Origin: Gemmatimonadales bacterium
Lineage (GTDB): Bacteria > Gemmatimonadota > Gemmatimonadetes > Gemmatimonadales > GWC2-71-9
NCBI GenBank assembly: GCA_965249575.1
Contig: OZ252244.1
Span: 2,656,001 to 2,720,000 of the forward strand
DNA length: 64,000 nt
Reading direction: 5' to 3'
Part shown: one piece after another, positions 23,426 through 32,824 of the stretch
How the letters are laid out: each line of letters opens with the position of its first letter
How positions within the stretch are numbered: the stretch's first letter is position 1
Notes under the pieces: model-generated
Told to the model about the DNA's origin: nothing
Database searches by the model: none
The model's input: only the letters and a program-made list of their open reading frames with translations
Translations under genes and position numbers: made by a program

Positions 23426-24013
23426 ATGGGAACGCAGCTCACGATTGGTCTTGAGCCACTGGACGAGTGGCGCTGCCGGGTCACCGGACTGGACTTGGGA
23501 GAGGCGCCGGGTCACGACGCGGACTCCGATGGTTTGGGGGAGTCCCTCCCGGCGCGGGTACTGGACGCGCTCTCGCAGATTCCGGGGGTGCAGAGGGCAC
23601 AGCTCGAGGGCGGCACGCCCGTGTTCACCCGGGATGCGGCGGTCTCCTGGTCCTCTCTCGAGGAGGCGGTGCGCTACGCCGTCGAGACAGCAGTCACCAA
23701 TCCGACACCGGTGCCGCACTCCGCGGCGCTGGGGGGCGACCTTGGGGACGACGCGATGTTCGATACGGTTGGCGAGTTACTCGATGCGCAGGTCAACCCC
23801 TCAGTGGCCCGACATGGTGGCAAGGTCGAGCTGGTGGATGTGCAGAACGGCACGGTGGTTCTCAGGATGTTGGGGGGGTGCCACGGGTGCGGGATGGCGA
23901 GCGTGACGCTCAAGCAGGGGATCGAGTCCACGCTCAGACGATCGGTCCCAGGTCTCCGCGGGATCGTCGATATCACCGATCACGCCTCCGGAACCAATCC
24001 CTATTTCACTTGA
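23426..24013 (+). CDS. NifU/NfuA-like Fe-S carrier
   Basis: '[10 protein letters not shown]', 'GGCHGC', '[13 protein letters not shown]'. Confidence 0.85.
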   Translation: MGTQLTIGLEPLDEWRCRVTGLDLGEAPGHDADSDGLGESLPARVLDALSQIPGVQRAQLEGGTPVFTRDAAVSWSSLEEAVRYAVETAVTNPTPVPHSAALGGDLGDDAMFDTVGELLDAQVNPSVARHGGKVELVDVQNGTVVLRMLGGCHGCGMASVTLKQGIESTLRRSVPGLRGIVDITDHASGTNPYFT

Positions 24014-24080
24014 GTGATGCAGCCCCGTCGGCCCCCGCACGACCTACGGCTCGTGGGAGGGGTCTGGACGGGGTGCGGGG

Positions 24081-24455
24081 TTAGGAAGGTTTGGCTTCGG
24101 CCATCCGACGGACCGCCTCGAGTAACTCCACCGCGCTACATGGCTTGCCGAGAAACGGCTGTCGGGTTCGCTGCAGAAACTTGCGAGTTTCTTCGTCGTG
24201 TGCCCAACCAGTTACGAACACGACACGTTCGGCCATGGCTGGGTAGTATTCCTTGAGCTCATCGTAGAATCCCTTGGCGTCCAAGAACGGCAAGCGGTAA
24301 TCGCAAATAATGACATCGAATGTCTTGTCTTTGAGGGTGGCGAAGGCGGCGATCCCATTTTCCGCGGACGTGACTCCGAACCCCGCGGTCTCAAGCGTTT
24401 CGACGAAGACCGATCGCACGTCTTGATCGTCTTCCACTAACAGCACGTTGGTCAC
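24081..24455 (-). CDS. Single-domain response regulator
   Basis: 'LLVEDD', 'IICDYRLP', 'FVTG', 'KP'. Confidence 0.88.
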   Translation of the reverse strand: MTNVLLVEDDQDVRSVFVETLETAGFGVTSAENGIAAFATLKDKTFDVIICDYRLPFLDAKGFYDELKEYYPAMAERVVFVTGWAHDEETRKFLQRTRQPFLGKPCSAVELLEAVRRMAEAKPS

Positions 24456-24589
24456 GCCCGGGACCTTCTGTCACTGGGGTTGCAAGGGAATCTATGTTCT
24501 TCTGGGAGTGCTCGCTACGTGCCACCCGCGTGCTTGCTCTTCGGTTCGAGGCCGGGTAAGTTGCGACCCCTGTGGACTTTCCGCCTCCC

Positions 24590-24671
24590 GCCCTGGTGGT
24601 GGAACTGGTAGACACGCTGTCTTGAGGGGGCAGTGGCGAAAGCCGTCCCGGTTCGAGTCCGGGCCAGGGCA
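24590..24671 (+). tRNA. tRNA-Leu (GAG)
   Basis: GCCCTGG acceptor stem, CTGTC-TTGAGGG-GGCAG anticodon arm, long variable arm, GGTTCGAGTCC T-loop. Confidence 0.95.
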
Positions 24672-24674
24672 TCC

Positions 24675-24746
24675 GCCACCGTAGCTCAGTGGTAGAGCTC
24701 TCGATTCGTAATCGAGTGGTCGTCGGTTCGAGTCCGACCGGTGGCT
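24675..24746 (+). tRNA. tRNA-Thr (CGT); probable prophage integration target
   Basis: GCCACCG/CGGTGGC acceptor stem, CTCGA-TTCGTAA-TCGAG anticodon arm, GGTTCGAGTCC. Confidence 0.95.
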
Positions 24747-24761
24747 CTCTGGAAGTAGTTG

Positions 24762-25952
24762 TCAGACAAGCGACTTACCCTCCCGCTGTGTCGTGCCCGT
24801 CTGGTGTGGTTCCGTTGTAGTTCCACTTTCGGTATCCAAGACGCGGGCGATCGCCTCGAGCCGGTCGCTCCGCGTCTTCAGGTACGTGGCGATGAGCTTC
24901 ATGTCGGTGTCGCCGATGAAGCGGAGCGCCATCACCGGGTCGCCGGTACGCTCCAGGATCTCGCCCGCCACCATCCGCCGGAACCCATGGGCAGCGCGAT
25001 ACGGCGCGTGCACGATGCCCGCCCGGTCCTCCGCACGCCGCAGGGCCGTCCAGAACGATTGGACCCCGTAGACGCCCGGCGCCTCGCGCCCTTTGCGTTT
25101 CCGGGCTTGCGGGGAATAGAAGACCCAGGGACCGCGATACGCGTCATGCACACGCCAGTGTCGGGCCGTTAACAACGCGGAGAGCGTCCCCTCGCGAAGC
25201 GGCTGCGACCATTCCTCGCCCGTCTTGTTGAACGCCGCCCGCCAGATCAGCCGATCACCATCGACGTCCTCCCAGCGGAGGTGGAGGGCGGCCCGGAGGC
25301 GAACGCCTTGATGGCCTAGCACCATGAGCACCGCCCAGGGTCGCCACCAGCGCGAGACCTGGTAGTTGAACTGGCGAAGGAGCTGGTGGAACTCCTCGAG
25401 CCGGTACTCCGCGGGCCGATGGCTCGCCTCCTCCTTCGAGCGTTTGAATCGAAACCCGGTCAACCGGTTCCGCCCGAGAATTTCGTGGCGATGGCCCCAG
25501 GCGTAGACCAGCTTCACGACTTTCACCGTCTCGCCGATCTGGTTCACCGCGGTCCCCACATCGCGTTGGGCTTTTTGGAAGGCGATGAGATCCCGGACCG
25601 TCGTCTCATCCGCTGGCGCGTCGTGGCCGAGAAAGAGCTCCCATTTCCGCCACCGCTCGTGGTAGAGTTGCTGCGTGCGCGGGCGCAGGGTGGGGAACTC
25701 GGCCTCCGCATACGTCGTCCAGAGTTCGCGGAGCGCGATCGGCTCACTCCGACCGAGATGTTCCCGCTCATCCGCGAACACCCGCGCCCACTCGACGGCC
25801 GCGGCGCGATTCGGCTTGGAATCGGGCCAGGACTTCGTCTTCGCGTTCCCGTGGTGATACCACCGAACCCGGACCAACCGCCGGCTCGGCTCCGTGAAGA
25901 CCCGAATCCGGCGCCCATGCGGCCCGAAGTTCGCAAGCGTCTTCCGCTTCAC
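24762..25952 (-). CDS. int: Tyrosine integrase
   Basis: 'HQGVRLRAALHLRWEDVD' (R), 'NKTG' (K), 'HGFRR' (HxxR), 'IGDTD...ATY' (Y); stop 15 bp from tRNA-Thr. Confidence 0.9.
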   Translation of the reverse strand: MKRKTLANFGPHGRRIRVFTEPSRRLVRVRWYHHGNAKTKSWPDSKPNRAAAVEWARVFADEREHLGRSEPIALRELWTTYAEAEFPTLRPRTQQLYHERWRKWELFLGHDAPADETTVRDLIAFQKAQRDVGTAVNQIGETVKVVKLVYAWGHRHEILGRNRLTGFRFKRSKEEASHRPAEYRLEEFHQLLRQFNYQVSRWWRPWAVLMVLGHQGVRLRAALHLRWEDVDGDRLIWRAAFNKTGEEWSQPLREGTLSALLTARHWRVHDAYRGPWVFYSPQARKRKGREAPGVYGVQSFWTALRRAEDRAGIVHAPYRAAHGFRRMVAGEILERTGDPVMALRFIGDTDMKLIATYLKTRSDRLEAIARVLDTESGTTTEPHQTGTTQREGKSLV

Positions 25953-26296
25953 GCCACCGCTTCCTGTCTGGCCGTTCGCCGCGCATCCGCCCGGAGACTC
26001 GTCACTTTTACCCGACGGGGCACCACGACCATCCGATACTCACGCCGTCCATTCCGCCGCCGCGCATGCCCCTCCGTCTCCCAGTCGGGAAACTGCGACC
26101 GCAACCAGCGCAGCGAGCGCCCCGAGCGGATCTGTGCGTCCTTCTCGCTGAGCCACACGAGAAACGGCTCAGCTGCCCGCTTAATGTCGTGGACGAACTG
26201 CTCCATGAGCTCCGCGTCATGCCGGTGGCCCCGGCGCCGAAGGACCTGCGCATCCTCACTCCAATCCGCGAGGATCTGCTCAAGCGTCGCCGTCAC
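25949..26296 (-). CDS. Phage protein, possible excisionase-like DNA-binding protein
   Basis: Coupled to int by GTGA overlap; 'WLSEKDAQIRSGRSLRWLR' is HTH-like. Confidence 0.5.
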   Translation of the reverse strand: MTATLEQILADWSEDAQVLRRRGHRHDAELMEQFVHDIKRAAEPFLVWLSEKDAQIRSGRSLRWLRSQFPDWETEGHARRRNGRREYRMVVVPRRVKVTSLRADARRTARQEAVA

Positions 26297-26598
26297 GCCG
26301 CTCCCGCCTCGACCAGCGCCTGCCCCACGTCGGCCCCCTCAGGAAACGCGAGCTCCGCCACCGTCGCCTTCCACACCGTCAACCCGCACCAGCGGAGCAC
26401 GAACGCAAAAGCCAACCCCTTTGGTGGTGACCTGAATGCGAAACGGGGGCCGTGGTCACGGAGGTAGCCCGAGACAACCTGCATCCACGCGGTCCCTCTC
26501 GGACTCGCTGCGACCCCGAAGTGTCGTTCGGCTGCGTGGATTGCGTCACTGACTACTGGCGTCAGGGCCAGCCGCTCCACCTGGGCGTCGTCGGTCAT
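26293..26598 (-). CDS. Phage hypothetical protein
   Basis: Stop/start overlaps with both neighbours. Confidence 0.5.
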   Translation of the reverse strand: MTDDAQVERLALTPVVSDAIHAAERHFGVAASPRGTAWMQVVSGYLRDHGPRFAFRSPPKGLAFAFVLRWCGLTVWKATVAELAFPEGADVGQALVEAGAA

Positions 26599-26756
26599 GG
26601 GGTGGCCCGCTTTCGTGGGTGCTGTGCTTGCCAGCGACGAAGTTTTATCTCCTGCCACCGCAGCCAAATGCTCGTGCAGGTTCCTATCGTGGACACCACG
26701 AGGTAGGCGAACACCAGCCAGAGAAACCAAACCGGGATGGTTAGCGATACGCTCAT
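26595..26756 (-). CDS. Small membrane protein
   Basis: GGAGG upstream; hydrophobic 'IPVWFLWLVFAYLVVSTIG'. Confidence 0.5.
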   Translation of the reverse strand: MSVSLTIPVWFLWLVFAYLVVSTIGTCTSIWLRWQEIKLRRWQAQHPRKRATP

Positions 26757-26784
26757 CCTGCCTCCGAGTCGCGGGTGGGGGCGG

Positions 26785-27069
26785 TCACGTGTTATCCGGC
26801 GTGCGTTGTTCAATCGCGTCGGTGGCCTTCGCAATGCGCCGGAGGAGTCTGATCGTTTCCGTACCAGAAGGCTCGACATCTGCTAGGACCGACCGTAGTA
26901 GCGGCACCCAACACGGCACCGAATGGCGCTCGGGTTCCTCATCCCCACCTTCGGGCGAATGCCCAAGCCACCGACTGGCGCAGACCTTGCCATGGTGATA
27001 CCGGCGCCGTCCCGTTGGCGCGTTCTGCTCATCAATCCATTGCAAGGCCTGTCGTGCCGCTTCGCTCAT
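26785..27069 (-). CDS. Phage hypothetical protein
   Basis: ATGA overlap with upstream ORF. Confidence 0.45.
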   Translation of the reverse strand: MSEAARQALQWIDEQNAPTGRRRYHHGKVCASRWLGHSPEGGDEEPERHSVPCWVPLLRSVLADVEPSGTETIRLLRRIAKATDAIEQRTPDNT

Positions 27070-27446
27070 TCGCTCACCCCCGGTTGGGCCAAGAGGGCGC
27101 GGGCGTGTGCCCATACCAATGGGACACCTCCGGTTCCCGTAGGCATGTATTCGTCAATGACTGCTCGCAGCGCCCCCGTCAGCGCGTCGATGCGCTCGTG
27201 GGCGGCGTCAATGTCTTGGTTGGCCTCCTGCATAGCGTCAAGGTGGCTGGCGCGTATTTCCTCCACCCCTGTGCCGTCTGCGATGTCCTCCCGCACCTGC
27301 TCCACCAGCCAGGGGAGGTGCTCACTGAGCAGCCGGTTCCGTGCCTCGTCCCACTGTGGATGTACCGGCAGGTGGCCAGGGTGCATGACGCCGCCCGTTT
27401 CCATGTCTCGCGCAATCGCCGCCAGCCGCTCGGTGGGGTCGGTCAT
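27066..27446 (-). CDS. Phage hypothetical protein, coiled-coil
   Basis: Position in the coupled early operon. Confidence 0.5.
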   Translation of the reverse strand: MTDPTERLAAIARDMETGGVMHPGHLPVHPQWDEARNRLLSEHLPWLVEQVREDIADGTGVEEIRASHLDAMQEANQDIDAAHERIDALTGALRAVIDEYMPTGTGGVPLVWAHARALLAQPGVSE

Positions 27447-27513
27447 CGGGGGTGGCTCATGCTTTCGATGATGGCTTGGCGTGATTCTGCAAGCGCCTTC
27501 CAGGAGGTGTCGC

Positions 27514-28320
27514 TCACCGCACGACCTGCAGCCGATAGTCGGCACCCCCGAAGCGCACAATGCCGCCCGCCCCATTCACCCGACTGAGCAGCGCGCCACC
27601 CAGCAGCTCGCTCACGCCGTCTTCGGATTCATTGCTCGTCAGAATCGTCGGCCGACTGTACTCCAGGCGGTGATCGACGACGTCGTAGAGATGCTGTTTC
27701 GGCTCGCCCCGGAAGGCATGCGCCGAGACCTCGTCGATCGCGAGCCAGTCGTAGGCCCGGTACTTGACGAGCACGAGCTCTTCGGGCGCGGCGTCCCGAT
27801 CCGATCCCCAGGACGCGCGGAGTTCGCGAATGAGATCCGCCAACTTGACGACGCGCGCGGAGATGCGGTGCGCCTCGACCAGCTGCTTCGCGACGCTCCA
27901 CAGCAAGTGGCCTTTGCCCGTGCCGTAGCCGCCAATCCAGACCTGCACGACCGGAACATCAGGCCACAAGGCGAGCCAGCGACGCGCCACGTTCCCGCAT
28001 CGCGTTTGCGTCCGTCGATCCCCTTCGGTGCCGTGCGGCGTGAAGTTCTCCAGCGTGGCGGCACGGTAGAGCGGGGGCACCGCCAACCCTTGCCGCACGG
28101 CGCGCAACCGCGCGTCGCGATGCTCCACCTCCATCCGTGCCCGCCGAGCCCCATCTGCCTTCTCGCGGCACGCCGGACACGTGATCGTCACCGGCTCCGT
28201 GGACGGGGTGCGCTTGATCGTTGGCATGTCACCAACGGAGCCACATTCCCGACACACGGTCGGCTCCTTCCCCACGGTGGGCAGGGCCTCCCGGATGTGC
28301 GTGCCGCTCGTGTCCGTCAT
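27514..28320 (-). CDS. DnaC/IstB-like AAA+ helicase loader
   Basis: CxxC..CxxC zinc site, Walker A 'GGYGTGKG', Walker B 'LAIDEV', 'PTILTSN', 'G.DYR'. Confidence 0.88.
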   Translation of the reverse strand: MTDTSGTHIREALPTVGKEPTVCRECGSVGDMPTIKRTPSTEPVTITCPACREKADGARRARMEVEHRDARLRAVRQGLAVPPLYRAATLENFTPHGTEGDRRTQTRCGNVARRWLALWPDVPVVQVWIGGYGTGKGHLLWSVAKQLVEAHRISARVVKLADLIRELRASWGSDRDAAPEELVLVKYRAYDWLAIDEVSAHAFRGEPKQHLYDVVDHRLEYSRPTILTSNESEDGVSELLGGALLSRVNGAGGIVRFGGADYRLQVVR

Positions 28321-29165
28321 CGCTTCGGCACCAAGCGCGTCACTCCATCGGCATCCTCCCGGATCTCGACGGACGACGGCGGCGTTCCCGGGGCGCGCGC
28401 GCGCCGGACCGCTTCTCGGAGTGGCGTGTCGAAGTACTTGAGACTCCGAGGCTGGGTGCTGCCGCTGGCGGGGCGGTAGGCCCGGGCCCGCTCCGCGACG
28501 AGGCGCTCGGCCACCTCGACGGGAATGCCATCGGTCTCCCACGACACGACACCCTCCTGCGTGGACGCCGGCACTTCCCGGGGGTGCGTGATGTGTGGGT
28601 TGTCACGGATCCCCGCGTTCAACGCGATGACACAGCGCACGGTGTAGGGCAGGGACGGCCCCCCGTTCGTCACGGCAGACGGGCCCACACGCGTAGCTGC
28701 AGCAGCCTTGGTATTGGGAGTGGGACTGGTACTGGGACTGGTGTTGGTACTGGGACTGGTATTGGTATTAGGGGAAGTAGATCGCCCCCCGATCTCCCCC
28801 CGATCGGGGGTAGACTTTTCTGTATCCTGTGGCGTCGCACGGGGATGGCGGAACTTCCCCGGGTTCTTGATGTGCTGGTGTCTCATGAGCGTTGGGATCT
28901 CGGCGTACATCTCATCACCGATCTGGTAGGTGCGGATGCGCTTCGCATCACGCAACTGCTCCATCGCCTCCTGGACCGCGGCGGCGCTGAACTCGGGCCA
29001 CCGGGTGAACATCTCCCCGTAGACGAGGTCGGGATCCGCTCGGGCCACCCCCCCATCGTCGGCCAGCAACCAGAGCGCCTGGTAGACGAGCGCCGCCCTC
29101 GCCCCGAGTGGGGCGATCCGCCGGTCACGGAAGAACTCGGGTTTCAAGGTGCGCTGCCTCGCCAC
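28317..29165 (-). CDS. Phage replication initiator / replisome organizer
   Basis: 'MARQRTLKPEFF...LWLLADDGG' N-terminus; immediately upstream of the DnaC-like gene. Confidence 0.75.
   Translation of the reverse strand: MARQRTLKPEFFRDRRIAPLGARAALVYQALWLLADDGGVARADPDLVYGEMFTRWPEFSAAAVQEAMEQLRDAKRIRTYQIGDEMYAEIPTLMRHQHIKNPGKFRHPRATPQDTEKSTPDRGEIGGRSTSPNTNTSPSTNTSPSTSPTPNTKAAAATRVGPSAVTNGGPSLPYTVRCVIALNAGIRDNPHITHPREVPASTQEGVVSWETDGIPVEVAERLVAERARAYRPASGSTQPRSLKYFDTPLREAVRRARAPGTPPSSVEIREDADGVTRLVPKR
28710..28812. repeat. Short direct repeats inside the initiator gene (candidate origin iterons)
   Basis: tgggactggt at 28721, 28733 and 28751; gatc-ccccc units and a ccccgatcgggg palindrome. Confidence 0.5.
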
Positions 29166-29550
29166 CGCTCAGGTGGCTTTCCGCTGCCGCACGTCGATCC
29201 GTCCCTTCAGTCGGGGATACCGCTCGAGCAACTCCCGCGAGAGGCTGGGCTGCGTCATCGCATCTCGCGTTCGAGCCGACGCGCTTCGCGTTCGGCAGTC
29301 GCCTGGCGTTCCACGGTCGCGAGCAAGCGTTCGACGTCCTGGGCCGTGCACGGTCGCCCCATCTTGACGAGACGCGCCACATCCCAGAGTGCGACGCGAT
29401 GGCTAGCGAGCTGGGGATGGTCTCGGAGCACGCGGCGAAAGCGGTCGGCTTCCGTGCGCGTCGTCGTGAGCGTGGCTTCGGTCACCGTGCCCCGCATGGG
29501 CTTGTACGCTTTGCCCCCCACGGGAAGACTGCGCACGTCCCGGGGCTCGC

Positions 29551-30345
29551 TCACGAAAGCGGCACCTCCGCGTCGGCCTGCTCGCCCGCCGCAATGGCCG
29601 CCGGCTTCTCTTCGTAACTGTCGCCTTGCTGGCGGCGCCGTTCGAGCTCCTCGCGCGCCGCGTCCTGCCAGAACGTGGTCTCCGCCCCGAACTCGCGCTC
29701 GGGCTGCGCCATCCACTCGAGGTACTTGCCCGACAGTTCGGAGAGTTTCTTGCCCTCGAACTTCCCGAACGTGAGCAGGACTTCCCCATTCGCATCGGCC
29801 CGCGGCTTCCGCTGATCCGGTCGGCCCGCCTGGTCCATCTCGGCATCCACGTAGAGGCCCGACATTTCGGCGGGAAACGCTTTCCGCAGGGCGAGGGCTT
29901 CGGCACACTTGCCGAGCATCAGGTGCGGCATCTTCTTCCACATGAAACCCTGCCGGTCCCCCGGGTAGTACTGGTCCCAGCGGGCCGTCGCCTGAAAGGC
30001 GCACCGCTGCCCCTGCACCAGCTTGTAGACGGTGACCGTCGCTTTCTTCGGATCCGCTTCGTCGTCGAACACCGGGTCGTCGTTGCCCGCGTATTGGCCG
30101 GTGCGGTCGGCGATCAGCCGGTAGCCGTCGATGCTCGCCTGCAACACCATCTTCCCCTGGCGCTTGACGGCGTAGATTTGCCGCGCGAGGGGATCCAACC
30201 CCTGCCGCTGCGCCGAGTAGATGAACAGCTGCAACTCGTCGTCGGTCAGATGCTGGTCGCGCGCGAGCGTGTTCTTGATCAGCGCGATTTGGTCCGGCGA
30301 AAACCGCACCGCCCCATTCGTCGTGGTTCGTAGATTGTCTCCCAT
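29551..30345 (-). CDS. bet: Bet/RecT-family single-strand annealing recombinase
   Basis: 'LTDDELQLF...GLDPLARQIYAVKR', 'SIDGYRLIADRTGQY', 'MWKKMPHLMLGKCAEALALRKAFP'; GGAGG upstream. Confidence 0.92.
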   Translation of the reverse strand: MGDNLRTTTNGAVRFSPDQIALIKNTLARDQHLTDDELQLFIYSAQRQGLDPLARQIYAVKRQGKMVLQASIDGYRLIADRTGQYAGNDDPVFDDEADPKKATVTVYKLVQGQRCAFQATARWDQYYPGDRQGFMWKKMPHLMLGKCAEALALRKAFPAEMSGLYVDAEMDQAGRPDQRKPRADANGEVLLTFGKFEGKKLSELSGKYLEWMAQPEREFGAETTFWQDAAREELERRRQQGDSYEEKPAAIAAGEQADAEVPLS

Positions 30346-30532
30346 CTTGACACCTCCGGCGTTCGTCCCCATCGTGGGGATGCATGAAGTTTCCTCGGCC
30401 CCGTTCGGTGTTCGCGCACCGGGCGGGGCGCTCTGCGTCAACGAGTTGGCTGACGCCTCAACGGATTGTCTCCCCGCAGGCAATCATCGATCCAGAGGAC
30501 CGCGACGGCCGTCACGACGATCCAGAGCAGCG

Positions 30533-30877
30533 TCACGCGACGACCTGCAAGCCCTGCGCGGCGGCGAACGGCGCGATACGGTGCTGAAACGACGTGGGCC
30601 CGAAGCTCGAGACCACCACGGGGATGTCGTCGACGCTCGCGATGACGCCCGTGCGCGGCAGCTGTTCGACTTCGTCCCGCACTTCGAGAAACCCGAACAC
30701 CGTCCACTGCTGCCCGGTCCCACGCATGGCGAGGACGCGCGTCATCCCCTCCGGCACCCCCTGGCCCGTCGCGAAGGCCAAGCTCATCGGTTGCCGATTC
30801 CGCACCCACCAGCCGTGCGAGCGGAACCAGTGCTCCAACTCGTCCGTGGTGACGGGATGACCCGCGGGACACAGCAT
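30533..30877 (-). CDS. Phage hypothetical protein
   Basis: Coupled ORF starting 'MLCPAGHP'. Confidence 0.4.
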   Translation of the reverse strand: MLCPAGHPVTTDELEHWFRSHGWWVRNRQPMSLAFATGQGVPEGMTRVLAMRGTGQQWTVFGFLEVRDEVEQLPRTGVIASVDDIPVVVSSFGPTSFQHRIAPFAAAQGLQVVA

Positions 30878-31095
30878 CAGTTCTCCCCGATGCGCGGCGC
30901 ATCGATCATTGCGGTCGGGCCCCGGTCGAGAAAGCGGAGCGCGCGGCGATGCGAGACTGCGAGCGCGTCCTTCGAACGGCGAACGACGGTGCGGCGCGCT
31001 TGCCGCAGATCCCACGAATGCAGGGCGACGACGAACACGGCCGAGGCCATCGAGAACGCCACGACGCCCCGCCAGAACGAGGGCCAGTGGATCAC
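30877..31095 (-). CDS. Small membrane protein
   Basis: Hydrophobic 'FWRGVVAFSMASAVFVVAL'; coupled to neighbours. Confidence 0.45.
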   Translation of the reverse strand: MIHWPSFWRGVVAFSMASAVFVVALHSWDLRQARRTVVRRSKDALAVSHRRALRFLDRGPTAMIDAPRIGEN

Positions 31096-31282
31096 TCGTC
31101 ACTCCAGGCCGTGTATTCCTTGTCAGCCCGGTCGATGATGTCTTGGATGGTCCGCGCCAACTCGAACGACGGCCAACTCGTTTTGGAGAGCTGGTGGCCG
31201 AGGTCCCGCCACTCGCTCACCGTCATGGTCACGTCGAGCGTCGCCTTGACGCTGCCGACGTCGTTCAAGCGATCGCTGGCCT

Positions 31283-31654
31283 TCACGCCGCCTCCTGCAA
31301 CCGGAACTCGTCCGCCTGCTGCCCCGCCATGCTCCACAGGTCGATGCCGTGTTCGCGCTGGAAGGTGTGAATCCCCAGCTGATGCTGGAGCGCGTGATGG
31401 TGCGCGCAGAGACTCACGGCGCCCCCGAGATCCGTCCCACCGGCCCCCCGACTGCGCACATGCGCGACCTGCACCGGCTCCGGCTGGTTGCACTCGGGGA
31501 TCACGCAGCGTTGCGCGCGCAGCCAGATGCGGAATTGTTTGTGGACACGCTTCGGGAACCGATGCCCGCCCTTCGCCCGCAAGGGGGTGGACCGCGTGGG
31601 CGGCTTCCCCGGCCGCAGGGGGGTGGACCGGGGTACCGGGGTTCCGCGCTTCAC
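31283..31654 (-). CDS. Putative HNH nuclease (DUF968-like)
   Basis: 'CVIPEC', 'AHVRSRGAGG.D', 'LCAHHHALQH'. Confidence 0.75.
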   Translation of the reverse strand: MKRGTPVPRSTPLRPGKPPTRSTPLRAKGGHRFPKRVHKQFRIWLRAQRCVIPECNQPEPVQVAHVRSRGAGGTDLGGAVSLCAHHHALQHQLGIHTFQREHGIDLWSMAGQQADEFRLQEAA

Positions 31655-31790
31655 GGGGTCCCCGCAAAGCAGCGGTGAGAGTTCCGAGTCGAGGATGCAG
31701 TCGTGCGCCTGCAGATTTCGCGACGGCGGCGGTGAAGGAGTGTCGGGTACGCCGCAGCCGCAGTCGGCGGGAGGGCGGGTAGGTTTGCCG

Positions 31791-32381
31791 TCACCGGCCC
31801 ACCCCGTGTTGCGCATCGCCCGCCGCCAGCTGGCACCGCAGCGCATGCAGCGCCCGCAGAATCACCACGCGCCGCTGCTTCCAGTTCGCGTCCGTCGGCG
31901 CAAACCCGTACATCGTTTGGCTCACGTCTTCCGCGCCGTCGGCGTGCTGTTCGGCGACCTCGAGATCCGCCGTCAGGGCGGTGTATTGCTGGTAGTAGCC
32001 GTCCCGAATGGCATCCATCCCCAAACACCAGCGATCGGCTAAGTCGATGCGGCCCGTTTCGACGCAGGCATGGACGACGCGCGTCGTGCGATAGAACCAA
32101 TCGGGTTGGTGTTTCTTGATGGTGGCTGGCGTCATCCGTAGATCGACCGAAGCGGCCAGGGCCCAGGCCGACGGCAGCGACTGGTACTTCACGGCGTGCG
32201 GCCGCACCCTGCGCGCCGTGGAGCCACTCGGACCGATCATCGAACGCGTCATGCGGCGGCTGCTTTCCCACGTTTTATCCACGCCTTCCGCTGCGCATTG
32301 TGGTGCTGCATCCGGCAGCGCGTCCGACAAAACCGCTGATTGGGACGCTTGGGCTCGAACCGTCGTCCGCACCGAGGGCAC
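31791..32381 (-). CDS. Phage hypothetical protein (start uncertain)
   Basis: Long ORF co-oriented with the early operon. Confidence 0.4.
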   Translation of the reverse strand: MPSVRTTVRAQASQSAVLSDALPDAAPQCAAEGVDKTWESSRRMTRSMIGPSGSTARRVRPHAVKYQSLPSAWALAASVDLRMTPATIKKHQPDWFYRTTRVVHACVETGRIDLADRWCLGMDAIRDGYYQQYTALTADLEVAEQHADGAEDVSQTMYGFAPTDANWKQRRVVILRALHALRCQLAAGDAQHGVGR

Positions 32382-32492
32382 GCGAGAACGCGCTGTCCCC
32401 GGGGCCGACCTGCCGTTTTCAGCATTCCCCGCTCCGCCGTGTGAAATGGCAGGGGATGCCGTTTACACGGCAGGAAGGGGTATTCGCGGGAT

Positions 32493-32729
32493 TCATGCGA
32501 CGGGCTGGCGGACATGGGCGAACACGGCGTCCCGGACAGCGATGGATTCCGCGAAAGCCAGCATGACGACCCGGACGCCAGCGGACTGGTTCCAGCCCGA
32601 GTTGTCGAGGGCAGCAAGAATCCTGTCCTTCTCAACCTCCGATACCGAGCCGCCGATCGTCACCGAACGTCGGATGTCCTGATCTTGCTGGGAGCTTGCA
32701 GAAGGTGTAGATAAACTGTTGTTAACCAC
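32493..32729 (-). CDS. First gene of the early operon, possible Cro-like regulator
   Basis: GGAG RBS; divergent from the repressor; 'EKDRILAALDNSGWNQS' resembles a Fis-type helix. Confidence 0.5.
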   Translation of the reverse strand: MVNNSLSTPSASSQQDQDIRRSVTIGGSVSEVEKDRILAALDNSGWNQSAGVRVVMLAFAESIAVRDAVFAHVRQPVA

Positions 32730-32786
32730 CGGCTTAGCTCCGTAAAGGGGGATGCTCCAAGTATAGCTTGCCCCACCTCAAGGCTA

Positions 32787-32815
32787 ACATTACTCTACTT
32801 AAGGGCGACTGTCAA
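32787..32815 (-). promoter_or_regulatory. Sigma70-like leftward early promoter
   Basis: Minus strand TTGACA-N17-TAATGT; flanking palindromes CAAG-tatag-CTTG and ATACT-ca-AGTAT. Confidence 0.7.
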
Positions 32816-32824
32816 TACTCAAGT

